Source: Octopus vulgaris (Eukaryota). Taken from it: a stretch of DNA of 64,000 nucleotides. The stretch is taken from assembly GCA_951406725.2 (NCBI GenBank), contig OX597818.1, positions 80,848,001 through 80,912,000 of the forward strand, written 5' to 3'. The position numbers and the translations under genes are program-made. The notes beneath the pieces are model-generated. The model saw nothing but the letters and a program-made list of their open reading frames with translations, was not told the DNA's origin and ran no database searches. The first letter of the stretch is position 1. Each line of letters starts with the position of its first letter. Shown piece after piece: positions 39,826 through 53,459 of the stretch.

Positions 39826-41291
39826 ATTAAGGGAGCAGGGAGAGATTCCACTATTAACTGCTCCAGGATCCTATTTTGGTCCTTGGAAAGACCAGACTTT
39901 CGGCTGATTGGGTCCATAGGATCAAAACAGCTTTTGATCCCCTCCCAATCAGCCACAGATAACACTTTCACATTCAGCAGCTTGGTACTGCTACCCAGAC
40001 CCCGGCGGATAGAGTCCTCTATCCACTCGGGCTCAACTCCGGGTGGCAAACCGCAGATCCAAACTTTCAATAATTTCTTTTTACAATAGCTTGGAAGAAA
40101 CATTATTTCCTCGCCCTCGAGGGGCTGACTTGCAAAATCACAAGCTTCTTGGGGGGAGTCAAATAGCAACCAGACCGTTGCATATTTGACTCCCCGTGAA
40201 ATAAATTTAATGGCTGGCATGTAATCTGCCAGCTCATTCAAAATTGTGGCCCTTGGGAAGACGGCTATGGTGTCAAGCGACTTTGAATAAGTCAACACCA
40301 TCGTCTTCCTTTCAAGCTCTTTTAACCATTTTTGGGGAGGTGTCAAGTCCCATACAAGAAATTCCTTTGCTATTTCAACACAAAGTTCAATTACAGTTCA
40401 AAATGTAAGAAAATAAAATAAGACACAAAAAAAGAAGAAGGAAAGACACAACAGAAGGGAAGAAATAAAATAAAAATAACAGTTCAAAAAAAGTTCTTTT
40501 TTTTTAAATAAACGAAAGCTTTGAAGAAGAGAGTTCAAATCCAGGCAAAGAAATAAATTAATTTTCGGCCGAAAAGGTACTCCTGGCTAAATGTACATAG
40601 GTTCCTTGGTATGAATCGTTTTTACCCGTAATTGGTAAAAGAAATCCAATAAATCCAAACACAATACTGGCTACAGCCAACGGTAACTGCAACAGCAACT
40701 GTAACAGGTTCTAATCATTCGGGCGAGGATATGCCCCTCCACTGTTTTTTTTAAAATGAATCCCAAAAATTCACACTAAATTCACAAAACAGCAGCCGCC
40801 GAGAGCAGGCAAAATTGTCCCAGCAATGGGCGAAATTTGTTAACAAAAAATTACACCCAGCTCAGATAAAACAAAATCACAACCTTCTCTGTTTTTGTTC
40901 TTTTTTCTTGTAATTGGCCAGAGCCAACACCCTCACGTCCACCTTGCAAAAACAGTCCCTCCTCCCTTGGTAATCCACAGACATAAAGATAATTTTCGCA
41001 AAGAAATTAATTTTTGCGGAGGGGCTATGCCTCCTTAAAAAACACAATTCTCACTGCAAAATGAGCCTTTATAGGCGGCCACAGGCAGGCAAATGTCCGG
41101 AGCAGAGTGGAGTCTATTACTCACCAAAAAATATTAAATACAAGGCAACAAGCTCCACTAAGCCCTCAAAAAAATACAACAAATGTCTACCTGTAGTCGA
41201 GCCTCAAAGTTCAATATTTCACGACGAAAGACATGGCATCAAGCAGCAAGAACTCTCCCCCAAAAACAAACACATCCGTCTCCGACAAAGG
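39826..41291 (-). mobile_element. 5' UTR + ORF1 fragment of a probable L1/Tx1-like LINE, inserted into a SINE
   Basis: 178-aa ORF with ...KVWICGLPPGVEPEWI... (ORF1/RRM-like) preceded by a T-rich leader. SINE halves lie at 39584-39825 and 41292-41322. Confidence 0.55.
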
Positions 41292-41434
41292 TTAGCAAGC
41301 TACTTGCCACACAGCCACTCCTAGCAATTTTATATATTTTGTTTAAAAAATATTTCATATTTTTTGCTAAAGACATAACCATGCATAGATAAACAAAATG
41401 AAGTGGGGAAAGCGCTTGCACAAGCACATACATA

Positions 41435-42272
41435 CGAGATGGTATCAAAACGTTGCCGGACTAGTTCTGTAGTACGCCAACAGATGGCAGCACATGGTTG
41501 CGAGCGGAGTGAGAGCTTGCAGTGACCTTCATGGGGCAATGTTCCAAGTGGTATCACTGTGTTTACTTCGCAAATTGTGAAATTTATGATCATGTGTATG
41601 TTGTCGTCTGCGATTTTGGAACAAAGAGCCATAAAGTTCTCCGTTAAACTTGGAAGTCTGCGACAGAGACATTGAGCATGCTTCAGCAAGCTTACGGTGT
41701 CGAGGCAATGGGTCATATGAAATGTTTTGAGTGATGTGGGCGCTATGAAAGCAGAAGAAAGTCCCTGGAATACAGTGAATAATCTTGAAGACCTGTCAAG
41801 AGTGTCACTACTGGAAATGTGGTATTGTGCATTGAGAATTCGTTCGTCATAGCCAGACTCTTGATCTAGAGTTCTACTGCAATGTTTTGAAGCGTTTGAG
41901 GCAAAAGCAACTGGATCTTTGGAGTGCAAAGAGCTGGATCCTTCACGACAATGCCCCTTGTCACCGAGTTCTCATTCATGAGTTTCTCGCTTAAAACATG
42001 GTATGACTTCCGCACTCACCCTATTCGCCAGAATTAGCACTTGCGGACTTATGCAGCTCAAAGGTCAAAGTCCAGAGTGAAATGTAGAAGGTCCTTGACT
42101 CACTTACAGAAAACGACTTTTAGGCAGGATTCCAAAAGTGGTAGGGATGATGGAAATGGTGTATTGATGCGGAAGGTGACTATTTCGAAGGAGATGATGT
42201 TAAAACTTAGGTAAATAAGTTATTTTTTTTAATTATACATAACTAGACCGGGAGCTTTTTGATACCACCTCG
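41435..42272 (+). mobile_element. Internally deleted mariner-like DNA transposon
   Basis: Imperfect ~32-bp TIRs (CGAGATGGTATCAAAA.../...TTTTGATACCACCTCG), TA target duplication, and remnants of HDNA and YSPDLAP-like motifs. Confidence 0.85.
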
Positions 42273-42651
42273 TATGTTTCTTACTTGTTCCACTCATTGG
42301 ACCGTGGTCATGTTGGGGCACTGCCTTGAAGGTTTAAAGTCATACAAATCAATCCCAGCACTTATTTGTAAGCCCAGTATTTATTATATTGGTTTTTTAC
42401 CACATAAACAGATCAACACTAGTGGTGAAGTGGTGGGAGACAAACAAAGTTACACTCACACAACAGCCTTTCAGCTTCTGTCAATCAAATTCACCCACAA
42501 TGTATTGGTTAGCCTGCAGTCACGGTAAAAGATACTTGCCCAAGGTGCCATGTGTGTGTATTAACCAACGCATACAGTGTCATAGAGCCATTTCAGCTGA
42601 TCTTACCACTGTTCTAGAGTTAAAAAAAAACAACTCAAATTCACTGAATTA

Positions 42652-43636
42652 TTAGAAAGTAAAATCAAATTCATTTTCATCCAGGTTGAACATATTGTCT
42701 ACACCAGTGAAATCCTTAGGGATCACATTAGTAGACTTCACAATGGGATTTTGGCAAACTGAGGTCAATGGAAGGCAATCATTTGATCTTTGACATGAAG
42801 AGTCCTGAATGTGTCCCTTCTTACCATTCTCCTTTGCAGAAAGCAAACTGTTCCCAAATGTAGGTATTTCATGTTGAGTTCTGTTGTATGGGATGAACTG
42901 CGTGACTGAACCAGTATTCATACTATTAACACCAACACCTCCACCATCACTACCAATACCATCTCCATCATCTATATCATCATCATCATCATCATCATTG
43001 TCACTGTCGTCAACAGAATCTTCCATCTGGCATGGGTTGCTTAAAAAACAGCTCCACTTTGATGAGGAGGAACTAGTAGAATGAACAGCTTTAATGGAAC
43101 CAGTTGGTGACTTTTGATGGAAAGATGATGATGGCGTGTTACTAGCCTTACCAGGAGAATTGTCAAGTACTGATGACCGTCTTGTTGAACACGAATACAT
43201 TTCTTCATCATGTTTTATGGTACTGGCAGTAGTAACATCACATGTAGCAGCAGTGGTAGAAGCAGTTGCTGTAGTAGTAGTAGTAGAAGTAGTAGCTGAT
43301 GGCATGAGATTTGTTGATGTGACATGTGATGCAGGTTTGAAAACATTACCAGGACGATGGCCGCTATTAGAAACAAACTGGACTCCGGTAAAGTCACTTT
43401 CTCTAGTAAAGCAATTAGTAAAAGGAGCACCCTGGGTCCTGCAATATTTTGTCCTCTTAGGTTGACCAGTGATGTTTTCGGAGGAAGGCCGATGCTGTTC
43501 AGCATTCAGAGAGGGTTCGCTTTTTAGTGCCTGGACGTAGCGGTGGTGGTAGTCATTGGAGGAAGCATCAGGTGGACAGTGTTTCGAGACTGTTTTTCTG
43601 TAGTGATGTGATTCTGAAACTGACCATTTTGGACGT
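42652..43636 (-). CDS. MRNIP: MRNIP terminal coding exon (disordered Ser/Thr/Asp-rich C-terminus)
   Basis: Polypyrimidine tract + TTTCAG|A CGT CCA AAA TGG; phase 2 matches exon 3. 327 further codons to TAA at 42652-42654; contains SKWSCFL. Confidence 0.85.
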
Positions 43637-45374
43637 CTGAAATTGTGAAGAAAATAAAGGTTAAAACAATGGCGTGCATACATAGATATATGTATATACA
43701 TGTATTTGTGTGTGTGTGTGTGTGGGTGAGTGTATTGGGTCATCCCATAAATAATACAGTTTTTTCAATTGCATGAACTAAGTCAGAGGGGGATTGCATT
43801 AACTACCTGCATCAACTTACTATAAAAGCTGGTAGTAATTTTTCCTTGTCCTTATTCTTAGTGCAAGTTTTGAAGAGTGCAGTTCGATTTTAACAGTTAT
43901 TTTTTCAAAGCTATAATGTCTGGAGTAATCAACCAACCAACATTTAACCTCACAAATCAAACCTCTTATGTCTCTCAAGTAATTTATAAGAACAACTACC
44001 TGGTTGTCTGATAACTCACAGGCCCACATCCATTCCCTGTTTCTAACCATCGCTCACTCTCCTATAAACTCTTGCAACCTCTATTTACCCACACTTCCTT
44101 TTCTCCTTCTCCTACTCACTTTATATCTTGACATGGAGCTGGTTAGTCTATAGTAGACATTTCATCAGTTATTTTTCTCTCTTTCTAGCATCACTCTGGC
44201 CACTCCCATCTTCTCTTCTATAATACAAGTAACTATAGTCCCTCTACAGCAAGAAACTTGTTCTGGACCCTTCTCTCTCACTTTAACTCTTTATCTCACA
44301 GCATAAAGCTACCTCTCTCTCTTGACAACAGCCCTACTTAGTCAAAGGGTATCTTAGTTTTGCAGGTTGGTGCCACAAAAATGGTACCAAGTACATGCTG
44401 TAAAGTGATTGGCATTAGAAAGGGCAGTCATCCATAGAAACCATGCCAAAGCAGACATTGGGACACAGTATAGTCTTCAAACCTGTTGGATCCTTTCAAA
44501 CTGTCCAACCCATGCCAGCATGGAACATGGATGTTAAATGATGATGATGATGGACTAATTGGTTGTCTGCTACTTCACAGACTCAACATTTTATGTCTCT
44601 CAGTTAATTTATAAGAATGATAGACAGGTTGTCTGATGTATTTCACAAACTCAACCTTCTGTCTCTGTGTTAACCATTTTTTAAAACCATATCTATATTT
44701 TAATTGGGTGTCTTCATTTTTTAGTAAATCAACATTGTATTTTTGTTGAACCTTACATTTCTCTTTTAAAGGCAATACAATAGAATACACTTGGTCGAAA
44801 ATTAAGGCTGCTTTTATTTCATTATTAGAAGAATGCGCAGGGTGCATAAACACAATTAGAAAAGGCACACCAAATGTAGCTAAAAGTGCTTTACAGTGGA
44901 ATCCGGATGGATATAGAAAGAAAGGTAGGCCTAAGAACTCGCGGCGTAGATCAACACAAAAGGAACTAGAGAAAGGGGGACATTCATAGCAGAGTATAAG
45001 TATGGCAGTGAAAAATTATGCGACTTGGAATTCAACTATAAGTGGCCTATACTCCGCGTTGGAGGGTTAAAGGCAGGATGTCTAATATATATATATATCT
45101 ATACTGAAATATACTGCTTTTGCTTCATTAATTTTGAAGATAATGAAGAATTTATTAAAATAACTGTCATTATTATGCTGTCTGGAATACAAACTAACAT
45201 GAAATTATGCTGTCTGGAATACAAACTAACATGAAATTTTGATAGAAGGTTTCAATTTAGACCACTATCATAACAGTGAATTTACATCAAAGAACCAGGA
45301 GCACTTTCAGGCAGCTTGGTTGGTATCAAAAGGGTTAATTTAAAAGGAAGATCAATAAAATGTGACAAACTCAC

Positions 45375-45538
45375 TTTCTGAAATTTTGAAAACTTCCCAC
45401 CTCAAACTGGTCAGCAGTACTAACAGTGTCATTGTCTTCTGGATCCTCATAAACTGATTCAGTATCAAGATTTGAATTGAGAAATTTCTGCCACCTGTTG
45501 CAAGTCTGTCCAGAGGAGGTACATTCATTACTTTCTTC
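45375..45538 (-). CDS. MRNIP: MRNIP coding exon 3
   Basis: TATTAG| EESNECTSSGQTCNRWQKFLNSNLD...FQNFR AA |GTGAGT. 164 nt, phase 0-2, no stops, and joins exons 2 and 4 in frame. Confidence 0.82.
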
Positions 45539-46819
45539 CTAATAATAATAATAATAAGAACAACAGTATTAGTAGTAATAATTAGTATGAAATAGCCTGG
45601 CTATGCAAAATGAAAAAAGTGAAGATAGTGCCAATTATTGTTGGGTCCTTGGGAACAGTATCAGACGGCATCAAGAGGAATACTCTCTTTTACTTGTTTC
45701 AGTCATTTGACTATGGCCATGCTGGAGCATCGCCTTTAGTCGAGCAAATCGACCCCAGGACTTATTCTTTGTAAGCCTAGTACTTATTCTATCGGTCTCT
45801 TTTGCCGAACCGCTAAGTTACAGGGACGCAAACACACCAGCATTGGTTGTCAAGCGATGTTGGGGGGACAAACACAGACACACAAACATGGGCTTCTTTC
45901 AGTTTCCGTCTACTAAATCCACTCACAAGGCTTTGGTCAGCCTGAGGCTATAGCAGAAGACACTTGCCCAGGGTGCCATGCAGTGGAACTGAACCTGGAA
46001 CCATGTGGTTCATAAGCAAGCTACTTACCACAGAGCCACTCCTATGCCTACTAATATAAAGGAAATCAGAATAGAGTGCCTAGTAAAAAGGTTTGGCATG
46101 GTCAGAATAATCAGGAAAGTATTATTATAGCATGGTACCATAGGCTGCAGGTAGCAAGCCTGCTCCACATGCAAGACTCCAGGAGTTACAACAAAACTTG
46201 AGACAAAAAGAATAAAAAAACTAATTATAATCCTTTCTATTATAGCCACAAGGCCTGAAATTTTGGGGGAGGAGGTTAGTCAATTACATTGAACCAAGTA
46301 CTCAACTGGTACTTATTTTACTGACCTTGAAAAGGACAAAAGGCAAGGTCAACATCAGCAGAATTTGAACTCAGAATGTAAACTGGAAGAAATGCTGCAA
46401 AACATTTTGTCTGCTGTGCTAACAATTCTGCCAGCTTGCTGCTTTAATAATAATGATGCTTTCTAATTTTGTCACAAGGCCAGCAATTTTGAGGGGAGAT
46501 GGAAGTTTATTACATTGACCCCAGAGTTCCACTGGTACTTATGGGTGCCCTAGGTATGATAAGAATGGTATGTCAGAAACATCTAAGTAATATCTCAGGA
46601 GAACCATGTCTCAGAGAAATCCAAAAGATTGTGCTGACAAGTAGTGCCCACATCCTTAGAAAAATCATATCCATTTAAATGTCTGTTGTATTACATGAAG
46701 ATATTTTGCTACTGCCCCTGCCACTTCCCCTCTCCAAGCTTTCAGTCATATTATAACATCTCTTATCCTTCATTCACCCTAGATTAAAAATAATAATAAT
46801 AATAATGATAATAATAATA

Positions 46820-46850
<31 letters not shown>

Positions 46851-48770
46851 TGGTTTCAAATTTTGGCACAAGGCCACCAATTTTGGAGAGGGGAAAAGCT
46901 GATTACATTGATCCCAGTACTCAACTGATACTTATTTTATTGACTTCAAGAGGATGAAAGGCAAAGTCAACCTTGGCGGAATTTGAACTCAGAATGTAAA
47001 GATGGATGAAATGCCGCTAAGCATTTTGCCCAGCACGCTAACACTTCTGCCAGCTTGCCACCTTCAGTAGTGGTTGTAGCAGTAGTAATAATAGTTTTAA
47101 ATTTTAGAATTTCCCTAAGGCCAGCATTTCCAACTATCATGATATACCAAGACAGAGACACAAACACACATGTATAAATCCATTTTTTATGTGTTGGCAG
47201 ATTCCTTAGATTCTCAACTTCACTTGTGGTTAATATTGACTAACATGTTAGCCAAAAGTTGAGAATTCTAAGAATTCCAACACAATATATAAAATGGATT
47301 TATACCGCATGGATTACTCTATCAAGAATTTACCAATACTGCCTAATAACACACATACACATATATCTGTTAACAGGCACAGGTGTAACTGTGTGGTAAG
47401 AAGTTTAAGGCAGTGAGCTGGCAGAACGGTTAGCACACCGGGTGAAATGCTTTGTGGTATTTCATCTGCTGCTGCGTTCTGAGTTCAAATTCCGCCAAGG
47501 TCGACTTTGCCTTTCATCCTTTCGGGGTCGATAAATTAAGTACCAGTCACACACTGGGGTCGATATAATCGACTTAATTTGTTTGTCCTCTCTGTGTTTA
47601 GCCCCTTGTGGGTCATAAAGAAATAGGTATTTTGTCTGTCTTTACGTTCTGAGTTCAAATTCCGCTGAGGTCGATTTTTGCCTTTCATCCTTTCAGGGTC
47701 AATAAATTAAGTACCCATTACGCACTGGGGTCGATGTAATCGACTTAATCCCTTTGTCTGTCCTTGTTTGTCCCCTCTATGTTTAGCCCCTTGTGGGCAA
47801 AAAAGAAATAATAAGCTTGCTTCTGAACCACATGGTTCCAGGTTCAATCTGATTGCATGGCACCTTGGTTAAGTGTCTTCTAAAAAAGCTCTGGTGTGAC
47901 TAAAGCCTTGTAAGTGGATTTAGTAAATGGAAACTGAAAGAAGCCCATATCTATATGTGTGTGTGTGTGTATGTGTCTTTGCCATAACATCATGTGATTG
48001 TCGCCATCATGCAAGCGGCGCTTTATTTCCGATATTCTGTGAAAACTTATCTGGTCATGGGGGAAACATCACCTTGCTTAGAAACAGGTGAGGGTTGGCA
48101 ACAGGAAGGTCATCCAGCTGTAGAAAATCTGCCTCAACAAATTCCATCTGACCCATACAAGCATGAAATAGTAAACATTAAAACAATGATGGTGGAGGTG
48201 CAATGGCCCAGTGGTTAGGTCAGCAGACCCGCGGTCGGAGGATCGCAGTTTCGATTCCCAGACCGGGCGTTGTGTGTGTCTATTGAGCTAAAACATCAAA
48301 AAGGTCCACAAGGCTCCAACAGGGGGTGGTGGCGACCTTTGTTGTACTCTTTCGCCACGACTTTCTCTCACTCTCTCTTTCTGTTTTTTGAGTAACGCTG
48401 CGATGGACTGGCGTCCCGTCCAGCTGGGGGGAACACATACGTCACAGAAACCGGGAAACCGGGCCCATGAACCTGGATAGGCTTGAAAAGGGCGAAAAAA
48501 AAAAAAAGAAGAAAATCATGATGATGATATATGGATACGCACACAACAGGCTTCTTTTCAGTTTCTGCCAACAAAATCCAATCACACTGCTCTTGTGCAG
48601 TTTGGGGCTATAGTAGAAACAAGGTGCTATGCAGTGGGAATGAAGCCAAAACATGCCGCTAAGAAGCAAATGTATTTACCACACCAACACCTTTCATGAA
48701 CCACCTTTCTCCATTTGCAAAATATAATTCCTGAAAATTTATATTTCTGATTTGTTTTAAAGTAACTCAC

Positions 48771-48929
48771 TGAATCTTGTTCAACATTTTGTTGATGTTG
48801 TCGTTGTTGTTCCGGCTGACAGAGTACAGAAAGGTTCTCCTCAAATTCCTTTCGATCCATATCCTGGCGTAATGAGTTCAATTTCTGGACATGATGCCGA
48901 CAGTCAGCTCCAGATCCTCTGCCATACTC
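48771..48929 (-). CDS. MRNIP: MRNIP coding exon 2
   Basis: TTGCAG| EYGRGSGADCRHHVQKLNSLR...EQDS |GTGAGT. GSGADCRxHVQKLN is the MRNIP signature. 159 nt, phase 0-0. Confidence 0.93.
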
Positions 48930-49359
48930 CTGCAACGACAATAACATTTAGCATTAACCGTTTCGTTACCATATTTCTTGTTGAAATATGCTGCTTTTGT
49001 TCCTATTAATTTTGAAGCTAATGAAGAATTTAGTAAAATAACTGTCGTTATTATTATGATAGTGTTTAAAACATAAATTAACATGACATTTTGATGGAGG
49101 GTCTTAATTTACGATGGCATGTATAAAGCACTCGGTACACTCTGCTAAGTGGTTGGTGCTAGGAAGGGCATCCAACCATGCCACAACAGACAGTTGGAGT
49201 CTGGACAGCTCCTGCTAACCTGCTCCATGTCAAACCATCCAACTCGTGCTAGCATGGAGACCAGATGATGATATATATATATGTATGTATGCTAAGCATG
49301 GGTTGGACGATTTGACTGAGGACTGGCGAACCAGATAGCTGTACCAGGCTAAAGGCAAC

Positions 49360-49815
49360 AACACAACAGAAAATGTGAGGAATATTAATGCAGTTTATGA
49401 GAATTGGACAATAAGCATAAGCTAGTGTCAACAGTGGTTCCAGAAATTCCAAGCAGGAAACTACAACCTAGAAGACAAGGACATTCGGCAAACCCTGGTG
49501 GAACAAAATCTCATCATAACTGTTGAGGAACTTGCATAGAAGCTGCATGCAACAGAAAAGTCAGCAAATTGGGTCAATGGATTCCTCACAAACTTTCCGA
49601 GTCTAATTGCATGCAGAGAGTGAATGTGTGCTCTTCTTTGCTGTCATGTCTCAAGAATGAACCTTCTATTGGTCCGAAGAGTGACTGGTGATGAGAAATG
49701 GGTTCTCTATAAAAATGTCAAGCACTGAAGACAGTGAGTAGGGAAAGGAGAAACAGCTGCACTCCAGGCTAAAGGTCTTCACCCACATAAGGTGTTACCT
49801 GTTTGGTGATCACTT
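49360..49815 (+). mobile_element. Mariner transposase fragment in an MRNIP intron
   Basis: WFQKF, GQWIPHKL and VTGDEKWVLY motifs. Confidence 0.8.
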
Positions 49816-50006
49816 TAAAATGGGAAGTTTGTGTAATAGAACCAGAAGCAGCGTCAGGCAGGTTGGTAATCAAAAAGTTTAAGAGATCAGACTCCTTTCA
49901 AATTTTAGAAGTATTGGTCTAAAAGTTAGAATAGAAATGAAGATAAAAATACTCTGCAATGGACATACAAAACTGATAAAGGTGAAAAGGTCATAGAGGC
50001 ACATAC

Positions 50007-50126
50007 CTTGATTAAGGATTGTTTTTGTCCACAGACTTTACACGACCATTTCCTCACTTTCTTCACCTGCTGTACTTGAAATGTTTCACATTCACAGCAC
50101 CTGACCACATGAAAAACTTGAGGCAT
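50007..50126 (-). CDS. MRNIP: MRNIP coding exon 1 (N-terminal Zn-ribbon-like domain)
   Basis: MPQVFHVVRCCECETFQVQQVKKVRKWSCKVCGQKQSLIK matches the MRNIP/C5orf45 N-terminus as I recall it (RCCxCxxFQxxQVKKxxKWxCKxCGxKQS). Donor AAG|GTATGT, phase 0. An acceptor (CCAACAG) 13 nt upstream of the ATG implies a 5' UTR exon further upstream. Confidence 0.93.
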
Positions 50127-50187
50127 GACTGTGATAAACCTGTTGGTAATAACATGATATAAAAAAAAAATGTAAAGACAATAGGCT

Positions 50188-50560
50188 AGGAGTGGCTGTG
50201 TGGTAAGTAGCTTGTTTACGAACCACATGGTTCTGGGTTCAGTCCCACTGCGTGGCACCTTGGGCAAATGTCTTCTACTATAGCCTCGGGCCGACCAAAG
50301 CCTTGTGAGTGGATTTGGTAGACGGAAAATGAAAGAAGCCTGTTAGATGTATGTATGTATTGTGTGTCTGTGCTTGTCCCCCCAACATCGCTTGACAACC
50401 GATGCTGGTGTGTTTACATCCCCAAAACTTTGCAGTTTGGCAAAAGAGACCGCTAGAATAAGTACTAGGCTTACAAAGAATAAGTCCTGGGGTAGATTTG
50501 CTCGACTAAAGGCGGTGCTCTAGCATGGCTGCAGTCAAATGACTGAAACAAGTAAAAGAG
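50188..50560 (+). mobile_element. tRNA-derived SINE family A (representative copy)
   Basis: A/B-box-like head GTGGCTGTGTGGTAAG...GGTTCAGTCCC and tail GACTGAAACAAGTAAAAG. Other copies at ~5772-6148(+), 14890-15287(-), 20612-21418(-, interrupted), 22438-22700(+), 22706-23075(-), 24312-24680(+), 26050-26440(+), 27525-27918(-), 30697-31092(+), 45685-46050(-), 52686-53040(+). Confidence 0.9.
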
Positions 50561-50999
50561 AGAGACAAGTTATCATCAACGTTTAACAGCTAATATATTA
50601 GAAGTGCTTTTCAGCCATTTTAAATACTTATTTATCTATGGACCCCTTTGATTCTTATTTTATTCAGGTGTACCAACTTAGCCATTTGATGTTTAAGATC
50701 ATGTTCATTATCATCATCATCATTTAATGTCCGTTTTCCATGCTAGCATGAGTTAGATGTTTGACAGGAGCTGACCAGCTGAAGGGCTGTTCAGGCTCCC
50801 TGTCTGTTATGGCTAACCACTTTACAAACTGTACTGGGTGCTTTTACACAGCCCTAGCACGGGTGCTTTTTACATGGAACCAGCACAGAAGGGACGAACA
50901 AGGACAAACGGATTAAGTCGATTACATCGACCCCAGTGCGTAACTGGTACTTATTTAATTGACCCCGAAAGGATGAAAGGCAAAGTCGACCTCGGCGGA

Positions 51000-51990
51000 A
51001 TTTGACAATGACGAAAAATACCGACAACAAAATAATTTAATTGTGACAGCTATTCCGAAAGCACGACGAACGAGGTGATAAAGAAGTTTGATAAACATGG
51101 ATTTTTGAAAAAATTTCTTTTTGAAATGCGATTTACGTGTTTCAGAATAAGGGATATTAGAAAATAACAAAAGTATGAAAAAAAAAAAAATGTAATTCTT
51201 GACAGCTATTCGGAAAGTTTGGATTAGGGTTACGTCATCGCAACCCTAACTTCGAACCCACACTTATAACAATAAAAGCATATTTTTGCATACACTAAGG
51301 AATTAACCAACATACATTCAAGTTGGAATACTTTCTGTTTAGGATCTCCCATTCCGTGATATCCAAGATATAATATTGAATATTCATTATATAATATTCT
51401 AATTTCGACACAAGACCAGCACCTACGAGGGTGGAGAAGCTGATTACATCAACCCTTGAACTCGACTGGTACTTCTTTTACCGATCCCGATAGGATGCAA
51501 GGCAAAGTCGACCTTCGTTAAAATATTTTAGTTAAATCATACTAACCGTTAAAAGACGTTACGAGACGCGACAAATGAAGGCAGATAGGTTTGTGTTCCG
51601 GACCACAAGTATTCTTATTCAATGGGATATGATATTAAGTAATACGGTAATAGTAGATAAGACACAGTTAGAGGGTCCAAATTAATGGTAAAACCGACAA
51701 TGTTATAAACATAAATACATATACACACATGTATACATGTAATGTAATGTAGAAGCCGTTAATATACGAACATGACATACACTAAGACACAGTTGTGCAT
51801 ATATACAATGTATAATTTAAAAACAGATCTATACAATGTTTAAAATATAAACAAATATACTACTGTATGTGTGTATATATTTACACACGCATACACTGTA
51901 TAAAATGGAAATAAATAGTCGTATACAAAACAACACTTGTTTTCAGATTTGCCGCGCAAAGTAATATGGGAGTTATCTCCCCTGAGCTTC
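51000..51990 (-). promoter_or_regulatory. Candidate MRNIP promoter / first non-coding exon region
   Basis: Largely unique, CpG-richer sequence upstream of the exon-1 acceptor, with a CRE-like TTACGTCA (~51230) and an E2F-like TTTGCGCGGCAA (- strand, ~51949-51960). Motif-level evidence only. Confidence 0.3.
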
Positions 51991-53459
51991 ATCTCCCAAA
52001 AAATATATCAGGAAAAAATGTCACAGAAAAACTATTATAAATTATTGATTTAGTTATGTATTTCCTTATTTCATTTAACATATTGAATAAAAGGTGACTG
52101 TTTTCGTATATATGTTCAGACCATTATATACAAACCATATGAAAACAAAGTGTATACTGAATAGAGGTGGAAAGTGATGAAGGTGTACCTACACGAATGT
52201 GCCCCTCCCACCCTCGATTTTGTTTCCTCATAACTTCCAGAAAAATAAATTTTGGCTACCTTTCGATAACGGTAGAGGGATAATGAAAGTATCTGTTTGG
52301 CAGTTTCCGTAAAAAGTTTTATTTCTTTAAATGTTTTCAGCCTAGTCGCTTATGTTTATATATTTTTCGTCTATGTATCTGTATGTATGCATATTTATGT
52401 AAGTACTGTATATGTATGTGTATTTGTGTATAGACATACATACACAAATATACATACATGCACGTAAATATATACTAACATACACAGATACACACACATA
52501 CACAAAAAGTATATAAATAAGCGATTCAGCTGAAAATAATTAAAAAAATAAAAAATTTTTACGGAAATTGCCGAACAAATATTTTCTCGATCCGTTTGCT
52601 TTTATCAAAAGATAGCCGAAATTTTCTATGAATACACTTTTCAGATGGTGTGGGTTACAATTATTTCGAAATTTTTATATATATAGGCGCAGGCGTAGTT
52701 GTGCGATGAGAAGGTTGCTTCGTAACCACGTGGTTCCGGGTTCAGTCCCACTGTGTGGCACCTTGGGCAAGTGTCTTCCACTATAGCCTTGGGTCGATCA
52801 AAGCTTTGTGAGTGGATTTAGTTGACGGAAACTGAAAGAAGCCCGTCGTATATGTGTTTGTGCCTTCCTCTATCACCACTTGACAATCGATGTTGGTGTG
52901 TTGGTCTCCGTAACATTAGCGGATCAGCAAAAGAGATCGAAAGAATAAGTAACTACTGGGGTCGATTCATTCGACAAAAATTTAAGGCGGTGCCCCAACA
53001 TGGCCGCAGCCTAATGACTGAAACAGGTAAAAGATAAAGGATAAATGATATTAAGACTGAATAAATAAATAGATCTGGTGGGCTCGCACCCATACATGCT
53101 GACACATGCCATACATCAACAAAATAAAACTTGCAATCTCGAAAAAGAATTTATCTATGTCGGTATGTATGTGCGCGTGCCCAGCAATTTTTATTTTCTC
53201 ATTAAATTCCGTTATAATAGTAATCTACACCATTTGTTAGGTATTTGTTGAAAATTTCAATGAAAACAAATACCTATTTTTCTGAAAGTTACGAGGAAAC
53301 AAAACCGCCTCATGTGAATTTACTGAAAATCCTCTCCCCACCTTTAGAAAAATATTTTCACAACAAATTCCGATGCAATCAGAATCTATATCGTCTGAAG
53401 CGTAGAAAATATCATTAAATAACATTCATTTGTCTGGAATTTATGAAGGAATAAATTCG

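Noticed and set aside
35791-41291. Single full-length LINE joining the ORF1 fragment and the RT fragment
   Set aside because: The ORF1 piece is enclosed by two halves of one SINE, and unrelated sequence lies between the fragments, so they are probably separate insertions.
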